From Clostridia bacterium (GTDB lineage Bacteria > Bacillota > Clostridia > Christensenellales > Aristaeellaceae), in NCBI GenBank assembly GCA_017458865.1, contig JAFSZW010000198.1:1-35610 (forward strand): 35,610 bases of DNA, written 5' to 3'. This document shows positions 12,186 to 19,025 of the stretch, one piece after another; position 1 is the first letter of the stretch; each line of letters begins with the position of its first letter. Made by a program: the position numbers and the translations under genes. A model generated the notes under the pieces. It did not search any database. It saw only the letters and a program-made list of their open reading frames with translations, and had not been told where the DNA came from.

Positions 12186-12392
12186 ATGTTTAAAATGTAC
12201 AATCCAAAGTATATCGAGAAAGCAGAACATAAGACCGATATTTATCAGGCAGTTATCAGTGCGGGGCGTAGGTTTGGCGCTTCGGATGAGGAAATCGAAA
12301 AAGAACTTGTCGAGAATCACGGTGTGACTGAAATATATGCTGAGAATCTTGTGAAGTGTAAGCGGATAAATGATGTGGTAATGGCAGTCTGA
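12186..12392 (+). CDS. Small hypothetical protein (68 aa) in an AT-rich spacer
   Basis: ATG 12186 is preceded by GGAGG 9 nt upstream; the track start at 12117 lacks an RBS. Sequence MFKMYNPKYIEKAEHKTDIYQAVISAGRRFGASDEEIEKELVENHGV... matches no family I recognise. Confidence 0.35.
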   Translation: MFKMYNPKYIEKAEHKTDIYQAVISAGRRFGASDEEIEKELVENHGVTEIYAENLVKCKRINDVVMAV

Positions 12393-12680
12393 GCAGGTAC
12401 GCTCTAATCCCTATCCCACTAATGTATTGCGGTGAGGATTTCTTTGCTTACAAAGAAGACGAAAAGACTACAGACATCATGATTTTGTGTTGAAAAACCA
12501 TTTTGTTATGCCCTTTTGTCGTTACAGAGTGTCATACTTTGTGAACTTCCAGATGTAGAGGGCGGATGGTGTCATGGGCATTCGAAGGGGCACCAATGAC
12601 GCTTTAGTCAGCACAAAAAACACTAAGACTGGAGACGCGGAGAAGGCCTGGATGCTATAGACGAGGGAAATTGAGACACA

Positions 12681-12711
12681 ATAAAACAGCCCCTGGCGCT
12701 TCAGGGGCTGT
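12681..12711 (-). terminator. Intrinsic terminator ending the hyd/ABC operon
   Basis: Minus strand reads ACAGCCCCTG-AAGCGC-CAGGGGCTGT followed by TTTTATT, 22 nt after the binding-protein stop. Confidence 0.7.
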
Positions 12712-12732
12712 ATTGTGGAAATATGGCAGGGA

Positions 12733-13662
12733 TCAGTTCATGAAAAGACCGGTAACATCATACGGGGCGTCAATCATTTCGGAACTGGCCATGAAATCGG
12801 CGGTTTTCTGGAAACCGGCGACGTCATCATCGGAAATGTCGAGGGAGAAGTCATAGGCTGCTGCCATTTCGACGACTGCGTCCGTGGTGAGATCGAGGTA
12901 TGATGCTGTCAAAGCGTAGGCAGCATCCGGATCCGCCTCAATAAACTGCATGATTTCTTCCTGCGCCTCAGTGATTTTTGCGATGACATCAGGGTGCTCA
13001 TCTGCGAATTTCTGTGTCACGGCGACTGCGATAATGGCCTTGATCAGCCCTTTGCCGTTGGCGACGAGGTGGTAACCCTGCAAAGATGCGTTGTATGCGG
13101 CAGCGCCGCCAAGCAGTGCGACATCTGCACTTCCGCCGTCAAGCGCGGCCTTGGCATCCGGGATGCCCATGCTGACATACTGGACGTCGTCAATGGTCAT
13201 ATCGGCGGTTTTGAGATAGGCGACCAGCAGCTCATGCAGGTTGGTGCCTGCCGGTCCGGCAATGACCTTGCCTTTCAGGGATTCCGGCGAGGTCAGGCTT
13301 TCATCCTTGCTGTACATGCAGAAGGCCTCGGGCGCACGGCTGTACATGTTTAGAACCTTGATGTCTGCACCGTTGGCTGCGGAAAGGATAATGGAGGTGC
13401 CGCCGACCGCGTACAGCAGCTGGACATCGCCTGAGGCCAGTGCCTGGGTCTGATCCGCACCGGAGGTGATTTCGGCGTAGTCAACCGGAATGCCGAGCAC
13501 CTTTGCAAAGATGCCGTTTTCCTTTTCGACGATGCTGGGGACGTTGAGCGGGGAGGTGACGTAGGTGACGGTCAGGTGGTCAATGGACAGACCCTCTGCG
13601 AAGGCGCCGGAAAGGCAAAGAACGAGGATCAGAGAAATAAACAGAAACAGACTTTTTTTCAT
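12733..13662 (-). CDS. ABC transporter substrate-binding protein, NitT/TauT (NMT1/THI5-like, sulfonate/nitrate/taurine) family
   Basis: 309 aa. Signal peptide MKKSLFLFISLILVLCLSGAFA. Family-typical segments include LKGKVIAGPAGTNLHELL. RBS GGAGG lies 6 nt upstream of the ATG. Confidence 0.82.
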   Translation of the reverse strand: MKKSLFLFISLILVLCLSGAFAEGLSIDHLTVTYVTSPLNVPSIVEKENGIFAKVLGIPVDYAEITSGADQTQALASGDVQLLYAVGGTSIILSAANGADIKVLNMYSRAPEAFCMYSKDESLTSPESLKGKVIAGPAGTNLHELLVAYLKTADMTIDDVQYVSMGIPDAKAALDGGSADVALLGGAAAYNASLQGYHLVANGKGLIKAIIAVAVTQKFADEHPDVIAKITEAQEEIMQFIEADPDAAYALTASYLDLTTDAVVEMAAAYDFSLDISDDDVAGFQKTADFMASSEMIDAPYDVTGLFMN

Positions 13663-13760
13663 GGGTTGCCTCCAAATACAATAATTGAAATCTATTCGCC
13701 GGCCTATCCGGCAAAGGCCGGAATGGCCAGGCAGATCAACCGCCGCAGGGGCGGATGAGG

Positions 13761-14474
13761 TCAGGTTGCATTTTCCAGGTCGGCGACGATCCGGCGTTTG
13801 AGCGAGATCATCTCATCTGTCAGAAGGTGGCGGGGATGGGATACGGAAATCGCGTATTCCGCGGAGATGACGCCGCCTGAAATCAGGACGATGGTATCGG
13901 CGAGGGTCAGCGCCTCGTCAATGGAATGGGTAACAAACAGGATGCTGGCATGGGTTTTGCTGCGAATATCAAGCAGTGCCCGCTGCATATCCTCCCGGGT
14001 GAAATGATCCAGTGCAGCAAACGGTTCGTCCATCATAATGAACGAGGGGTGATAGATGAGGGCGCGGGCCAGTGCTGCGCGCTGCTGCATGCCGCCGGAC
14101 AACTGGTGCGGATAAGCCCGCTCAAAGCCGGACAGTCCGACAGTCTCGAGAATCCACTGTGTTTCCTCGGGGGAGATGTCGCGACGGCTGAGGCTGAACT
14201 GGATGTTGTCCCGGACGCAGAGCCAGGGCATGAGGCGGGGCTCCTGGAAGACAAAGGCTGTCTTTGGTGTGCTGTCAAACCGGATGGTTCCTGAATCCGG
14301 CTGTTCAAGCCCCGCAATGAGACGGAGCAGGGTGGTTTTGCCGCATCCGCTCTTGCCGAGCACAACGGTGATGCCGTCCTCTCTGAGAGAAAGGTGGATG
14401 CCGTTTAGCACAGGCAGGTGACGCCCGTCGACGGTATACGATTTATGGAGGTCGCGTATTTCAATCCCAGCCAT
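13761..14474 (-). CDS. ABC transporter ATP-binding protein, NitT/TauT (SsuB/TauB-like) family
   Basis: Walker A GKSGCGKTT, signature LSGGMQQR and Walker B IMMDEPFAALD. I place the start at ATG 14474 (MAGIEIRDL), with AGGAGGG 6 nt upstream. This overlaps the permease end by 14 nt. Confidence 0.9.
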   Translation of the reverse strand: MAGIEIRDLHKSYTVDGRHLPVLNGIHLSLREDGITVVLGKSGCGKTTLLRLIAGLEQPDSGTIRFDSTPKTAFVFQEPRLMPWLCVRDNIQFSLSRRDISPEETQWILETVGLSGFERAYPHQLSGGMQQRAALARALIYHPSFIMMDEPFAALDHFTREDMQRALLDIRSKTHASILFVTHSIDEALTLADTIVLISGGVISAEYAISVSHPRHLLTDEMISLKRRIVADLENAT

Positions 14475-15243
14475 GCTGTGCCCTCCTGCCTGCAAGGCGG
14501 TTGATGAGCAGTCCCAGGAGCCAGTCCGTGATGAGACCGGTCAGCCCGATGATCAGGATGCCGACGATGACCTTGTCGGTCCGTGACATCTGCTGAGCAA
14601 AGAGGATCATGTGCCCGAGACCGGTTGATGCGGCAACCATCTCCGCCCCGATAATTGCCCGCCATGCATAGCCGAGGCTGGTACGCATGCCGAGCAGGAT
14701 GTCCGGCAGGGCGGAGGGCAGAATGACGCGAAGGAATGTCCTCGCCCAGGTGTAGTGAAAGACGCGCGCCACTTCAAGGAGTTTTGGGTCGTAACTGGTA
14801 AAGCCTTTGACAATAGCCAGATACATGGGAAAGAAGGCCGCGAGCACGATGATGACTGTCTTGGTTGTTTCTCCTATGCCGCACCACAGGATGAGCAGGG
14901 GGATCATGGAGATCGGGGGAACATTCCTGAAAAACTGGACAAATGGTGCCAGATAGGGATCGGATGCCGGCAGGGCGATGCGCAGCAGTGCCAGGAGGAA
15001 GGCAAGCGCAAAAGCGATGCTGAATCCGCGCAGGACGCGGCTGAAACTGACCAGAATATCCCTTGAAATCTCGCCTGAGGCGGCCATTTTCATGAAGGTG
15101 CTGCCGACTTTCTGAGGAGAGGGAAGGACATAGCTGCTGATGTGACCAATGCTGCAGGCCAGATGCCAGACAAGCAGGACGACGGCGATACCGGCCAGCG
15201 GCGGCAGTGTGCGCGCAAGGCGTTTTCCAGGTGTTTTATGCAT
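14461..15243 (-). CDS. ABC transporter permease, NitT/TauT (SsuC/TauC-like) family
   Basis: Multi-TM protein with an EAA-like loop (EVARVFHYTWARTFLRVILPSALPDILLGMRTSLGYAWRAIIGAEM). I place the start at ATG 15243 (MHKTPGK), with AGGAGGG 6 nt upstream. The ATG overlaps the hydE stop (ATGCATAA). Confidence 0.88.
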   Translation of the reverse strand: MHKTPGKRLARTLPPLAGIAVVLLVWHLACSIGHISSYVLPSPQKVGSTFMKMAASGEISRDILVSFSRVLRGFSIAFALAFLLALLRIALPASDPYLAPFVQFFRNVPPISMIPLLILWCGIGETTKTVIIVLAAFFPMYLAIVKGFTSYDPKLLEVARVFHYTWARTFLRVILPSALPDILLGMRTSLGYAWRAIIGAEMVAASTGLGHMILFAQQMSRTDKVIVGILIIGLTGLITDWLLGLLINRLAGRRAQHGWD

Positions 15244-16297
15244 CTGCTGCCCTCCTGACGTCGCCGCGGCTGCTGACGATCTCGCAGCCAATAGACCGCA
15301 TTCTCTGTCTCAGTTCATCCACGTGCTGGGCGGATTCTGCACCGGTATTCAGCTTGTTGTTGTAGAGCTCGTACTTTTTGCGGGCATCTGCCGGTGAGAG
15401 GTTCGGCATGACAACATTGGCGCCTGCCAGAATGCCAAGCTCACGTCCCTCCGGATGAAGGGTGCCCAGTGCGGTGGTGGCCGGGAGCAGGACTGTCGGA
15501 TGCATGAGCCGGATAATGGACAGGAGATAGCAGGTGAGCGTGACACTGCCGGCACTGAAGTCCCGGAACGGGGTGTCATGATGCGGGATGAATGGGCCTA
15601 TACCGCACATGTCCGGTTTGAACTGCTCAATGAATTTGAGGTCTTTTGCGAGCATGGCGGAGGTCTGCCACGGCGAACCAACCATGAACCCGCAGCCAAC
15701 CTGGTAACCGGTTTCCCTGAGGGATACGAGGCAGTTCATTCGGTTGCTATAGGACATGGCGGCAGGGTGCAGCATTTTGTAATGCGCCTCGTCGGCTGTT
15801 TCATGCCGGAGGAGATATCGGTCTGCGCCTGCATCGCGGAGGCGCCTGAAACTATCGCTGCCGCGCTCACCGAGGGAGAGTGTTACGGCACAGTCGGGAT
15901 GAGCGGCCTTGATCGAGGCAATCAGCCCGGCGAGGAGGTCATCCGTATAGTAGCTGTCCTCGCCGCCCTGCAGGACGAATGTCCGGAAACCGAGCGGGTA
16001 TCCCGTCTCAACGCAGGCGAGGATTTCCTCCGGGGTCAGCCGATACCGCGTGCATTTGGCATTGCTCCGGCGAATGCCGCAGTACAGGCAGTCATTCCGG
16101 CAGATGTTGCTTATCTCTATGAGGCCGCGGATAAAGATTTCATTGCCATAGATCCGCTGCCGGACATCTGTGGCAAGCGTTGCGAGCTGCTGCGCAGCCT
16201 CGGGCGTATATCCGTCCAGCAGCGCATTGTATTCGGTCTCAGTCAGGCAGCGGGTTTTGGCCAGTTTGTCGATCAGGTTGCTGATTCTGAGGTCCAT
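15236..16297 (-). CDS. hydE: [FeFe]-hydrogenase H-cluster radical SAM maturase HydE
   Basis: 353 aa. Radical SAM CX3CX2C motif is CRNDCLYC. HydE-typical blocks recalled from T. maritima HydE: GADRYLLRHETA, GIGPFIPHHDTP, LPATTALGT and GANVVMPN. The ATG lies 1 nt after the hydF stop. Confidence 0.9.
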   Translation of the reverse strand: MDLRISNLIDKLAKTRCLTETEYNALLDGYTPEAAQQLATLATDVRQRIYGNEIFIRGLIEISNICRNDCLYCGIRRSNAKCTRYRLTPEEILACVETGYPLGFRTFVLQGGEDSYYTDDLLAGLIASIKAAHPDCAVTLSLGERGSDSFRRLRDAGADRYLLRHETADEAHYKMLHPAAMSYSNRMNCLVSLRETGYQVGCGFMVGSPWQTSAMLAKDLKFIEQFKPDMCGIGPFIPHHDTPFRDFSAGSVTLTCYLLSIIRLMHPTVLLPATTALGTLHPEGRELGILAGANVVMPNLSPADARKKYELYNNKLNTGAESAQHVDELRQRMRSIGCEIVSSRGDVRRAADA

Positions 16298-16298
16298 C

Positions 16299-17507
16299 TC
16301 AGGCCTCCGGAACGATCAGACGGTGAAGCTCCGGGAAGGGGCGCAGACTGCGCTCGAGCGTGCCGGTCATCCGGGCGATAGCTGTTCCGTAATTCGTGAA
16401 AGGAACACCCTGAGATGAGGCCTCGAGCATGCGTTCCTGAACCTCGCGCTCGGTGATCATGCAGCCGCCGCAATGAATGACCAGCGCATACCGCCTGAGA
16501 TTCTTGGGAAAATCGTGTCCGCTGCAGGTAATGATGCTGAGATAATGCCCGGCGTGTTTCCGCAGCCAGCCAGGGATTTTCACTGTACCGATATCACCGC
16601 ACTGCCGGTGATGGGTGCACCCTTCTGCGAGGAGGACGGTATCCCCTGGTTTCAGATGGTCCAGTGCGGCGACGCCGCGCACAGCAGTCTCAAGGAATCC
16701 CTTGTAGCGGGCCATGAGAATAGAAAAGGAGGTGAGAGGAATATCGTCGGGTACGGTTTCGGCAACGACACGGAAGGCCTGGCTGTCGGTAATGACGATA
16801 TCAGGGGGAGCCGTCAGGGAATCAAGGGCACAGGCGAGTTCTGTTTCGCGGACGACCAGTGCACCCATGCCGTGATCGAGCAGGTCCCGCAGAACGAGCT
16901 GCTGAGGCAGGATGAGCCGTCCCTTTGGTGCAGCTGAGTCGATGGGACAGACCAGTACAGCCAGCTTGCCGGGCCTGACCAGATCACAGGCAATGGGCTT
17001 TTCTGCCTGCCGGGGCATGAGACGGGCCAGGCGTTCCCTGAGCGCATGGATGCCGGCATTTGTCTGCGCACTCACATAGCAGGTGTCCGCTGTATCTGCT
17101 GGAACGGCCTCGAGAAGGTCGCATTTGGTAAAAACGGTCAGATGAGGGAGCGCCTTGGTCTCAAAAGTGCGCAACATCTCATGGTCATCCTCGGTAAGCC
17201 CTTCTGTCGCATCTGCAACGAGGACGGCGATATCGGTCCTTGTGAGGGACTGCTGCATCTTCTCAACACGGAGTGCGCCGATCTCGCCGACATCATCAAA
17301 ACCGGGGGTGTCAATGATGACGATGGGGCCAAGGGGCAGGAGCTCCATGGTTTTGATGACCGGATCCGTTGTGGTGCCTTTCACTTCTGAAACGACAGAA
17401 AGGGCCTGGCCGGTGATGGCATTCACCAGACTGGATTTGCCGGCGTTTCGCCGGCCGAAAAAGCCAATGTGGACCCGTTCGGCAGCGGGTGTGTTCTGTA
17501 AACTCAT
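16299..17507 (-). CDS. hydF: [FeFe]-hydrogenase H-cluster maturation GTPase HydF
   Basis: 402 aa. GTPase motifs GRRNAGKSS (G1), DTPG (G3) and TKCD (G4). C-terminal Fe-S ligand pattern EGCTHH...VIHCGGC. RBS GGAGG lies 6 nt upstream. Confidence 0.9.
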   Translation of the reverse strand: MSLQNTPAAERVHIGFFGRRNAGKSSLVNAITGQALSVVSEVKGTTTDPVIKTMELLPLGPIVIIDTPGFDDVGEIGALRVEKMQQSLTRTDIAVLVADATEGLTEDDHEMLRTFETKALPHLTVFTKCDLLEAVPADTADTCYVSAQTNAGIHALRERLARLMPRQAEKPIACDLVRPGKLAVLVCPIDSAAPKGRLILPQQLVLRDLLDHGMGALVVRETELACALDSLTAPPDIVITDSQAFRVVAETVPDDIPLTSFSILMARYKGFLETAVRGVAALDHLKPGDTVLLAEGCTHHRQCGDIGTVKIPGWLRKHAGHYLSIITCSGHDFPKNLRRYALVIHCGGCMITEREVQERMLEASSQGVPFTNYGTAIARMTGTLERSLRPFPELHRLIVPEA

Positions 17508-17522
17508 GTTTTGCCTCCGGAT

Positions 17523-17556
17523 AAAAAAACGCCGTACCCCAAAACAGGATACGGCG
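17523..17556 (-). terminator. Intrinsic terminator-like hairpin plus U7 immediately upstream of the hydF RBS (attenuator, or terminator of the regulator gene)
   Basis: Minus strand reads CGCCGTATCC-TGTTTTG-GGGTACGGCG-TTTTTTT, directly followed by ATCCGGAGGCAAAACATG (hydF). Confidence 0.6.
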
Positions 17557-17576
17557 GCATATGTCGCAGTACATCT

Positions 17577-17590
17577 TGTCTTTCACCTCA
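17577..17590 (-). repeat. 14-nt copy (TGAGGTGAAAGACA) of the regulator gene's translation-initiation region, in front of an upstream ORF in the hydF leader
   Basis: Exact 14-mer shared with 17915-17928, here followed by AG-ATG (ATG 17574-17572). Confidence 0.9.
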
Positions 17591-17669
17591 AGTTATCGTT
17601 TCGGTGTCAGGGGATGTTTGAAAAGAATATTCAGTTGTTGAATGGTTTCAGTGTATTCGCGCGGACGGC

Positions 17670-17915
17670 TCAGACATTGGAGAAGGCGGCTTTTGCGGTG
17701 ATCCCGTCAAAGCGGCCCAGCGCACCGGTCAGCCCGTTGATCTTGTTCAGCGGTGCGTCCATCACGATGCAGATGATGTTTACGCCGCGCGTGCGGTAGG
17801 GGATGCCAAGACGGCCAACAATGAAGTCGGCATACTCGTGCAGCAGGTCATTCAGTGCCGGCGTTTGTTCCGGATTCTCAACAATAATGCTGATCACAGC
17901 GACTCTTGTTTCCAT
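17670..17915 (-). CDS. TM1266-family putative iron-only hydrogenase system regulator (ACT/NikR-C-like small protein)
   Basis: About 81 aa: METRVAVISIIVENPEQTPALNDLLHEYADFIVGRLGIPYRTRGVNIICIVMDAPLNKINGLTGALGRFDGITAKAAF. The size, sequence pattern and position next to hydF/hydE fit the TM1266 family as I recall it. I place the start at ATG 17915, with GAGGTG 6 nt upstream; the track start GTG 17924 lies inside the SD. Confidence 0.72.
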   Translation of the reverse strand: METRVAVISIIVENPEQTPALNDLLHEYADFIVGRLGIPYRTRGVNIICIVMDAPLNKINGLTGALGRFDGITAKAAFSNV

Positions 17916-17928
17916 GTCTTTCACCTCA
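17915..17928 (-). repeat. 14-nt TGAGGTGAAAGACA (SD region of the TM1266-family gene), duplicated at 17577-17590
   Basis: Exact match read on the sequence. Confidence 0.9.
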
Positions 17929-17936
17929 CGGCGCGT

Positions 17937-17965
17937 ATTATAACGGCTTTCCGGTTAAAAATCAA
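17937..17965 (-). promoter_or_regulatory. Putative sigma-A promoter of the TM1266-hydF-hydE-ABC operon
   Basis: Minus strand reads TTGATT (17965-17960), a 17-nt spacer, then TATAAT (17942-17937). Confidence 0.55.
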
Positions 17966-18023
17966 TCACGAATTCCGTTGCCGATATCGACCGGTGGTTT
18001 ACACCTGGGGCGTCTGCCGGCAG

Positions 18024-18911
18024 CTACGCGTTTAGTTGACAGACGGTCTCGCCTTCGATAAGATCTACCGGGAAGATACTGGGCATGCGGGGAAAAGTAT
18101 CCGGATGTTCAATCAGGGCAGTCAGCCGCTCCGCGGCGACCCTTCCCATGCGCTCACTGCTCTGACGGATTGTCGTCAGTCTGGGACTGAGCGCCTGGGT
18201 CAGCGGCAGACCGTCATAGCCGGCAAAGGAGATGTCCTCAGGGATCCGCAGCCCAAGTTCTCTGGCAGCATCCTGGGCACCGAGATAGGTCATATCATCC
18301 GGCAGCAGGATGCAGGTTGGCGGCTCAGGCAGTTTCAGGAGTTCCAGGACATGATCCCGCGTCAATGGAATGTCATGATACCGGCTCTCACGCAGATAGC
18401 AGTCGGGGACGGGAAGGTTGTGGAAAGCCATGGTATTTTTGAACTGACTGATGCGCGTACGGGTCACGATGGAATTGTTGTGGCCATGGATAATGGCAAT
18501 CCGCCGATGGCCTCTGCCGATTGCATACTGCACCAGCACCCGAATGCCGTTCTCATTGTCAGAAAGGACGGCAGTCACGCGCTTGTAGACGTGGTCCATG
18601 GTTATGCAGGGAATGCCGCTGGTGACCAGTTCTTTGGCCCTGGCATCCTGAAAATCAATGCAGACCATGAAAACGCCGTCTACACCGCATTTGAGGCAAT
18701 GCTCTGAGAGCGGGCCGCTGATCTTGTGGTTGATGAACGTGATGTCATAACCACGGTCCTCCGCAGCTTCCTTAAATGCGTTGATGGCCAGGATAAAGAA
18801 TGGATGTGTCAGGCATTTTCCGCTTTCCTCATGAAACAGGATCCCCAGATTGTGATGGAGCACCGGAGTGGAGCAGCTTTCAGAAGTCAGATCCCTGGCT
18901 TTTTCAGTCAT
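18024..18911 (-). CDS. LacI-family periplasmic-binding-fold (sugar-binding) domain protein lacking the N-terminal HTH
   Basis: It aligns by eye with LacI/CcpA-type effector domains from about NLGILFHEE... through DGVFMV, RRIAIIHG, ILLPDDMTYLGAQDAARELGLRIPEDISFAGYDG and LTTIRQ. Only about 25 aa precede the domain, against about 58 aa of HTH plus hinge in canonical members. I place the start at ATG 18911, with GGAGG 8 nt upstream. Confidence 0.8.
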   Translation of the reverse strand: MTEKARDLTSESCSTPVLHHNLGILFHEESGKCLTHPFFILAINAFKEAAEDRGYDITFINHKISGPLSEHCLKCGVDGVFMVCIDFQDARAKELVTSGIPCITMDHVYKRVTAVLSDNENGIRVLVQYAIGRGHRRIAIIHGHNNSIVTRTRISQFKNTMAFHNLPVPDCYLRESRYHDIPLTRDHVLELLKLPEPPTCILLPDDMTYLGAQDAARELGLRIPEDISFAGYDGLPLTQALSPRLTTIRQSSERMGRVAAERLTALIEHPDTFPRMPSIFPVDLIEGETVCQLNA

Positions 18912-19025
18912 GACAGATACCTCCATTCAGTAAAGTCTTTGGGACAGTGGGACGCAAAGCAGATGATTTATGCCGGGAATGGCCGCTCTGCCCGTCAGGC
19001 GGCCAGAAACAGGTCAGACGGGGGA

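Noticed and set aside
13663-13760. GC-rich small hairpins (CCGCC-CCTG-CGGCGG; CCGGCC...GGCCGG) between the ABC ATPase and binding-protein genes, considered as an internal terminator
   Set aside because: No U-tract follows either hairpin, and no promoter-like element precedes the binding-protein gene. This is more likely a stabilising or processing structure within one transcript, and the evidence is too weak for a feature call.
17311-17586. 91-aa minus-strand ORF overlapping the hydF start, considered as a real protein
   Set aside because: Beyond the first ~20 codons it is simply an out-of-frame read of hydF (His/Pro/Arg-rich). Only its 5' end is considered, as a possible regulatory upstream ORF.
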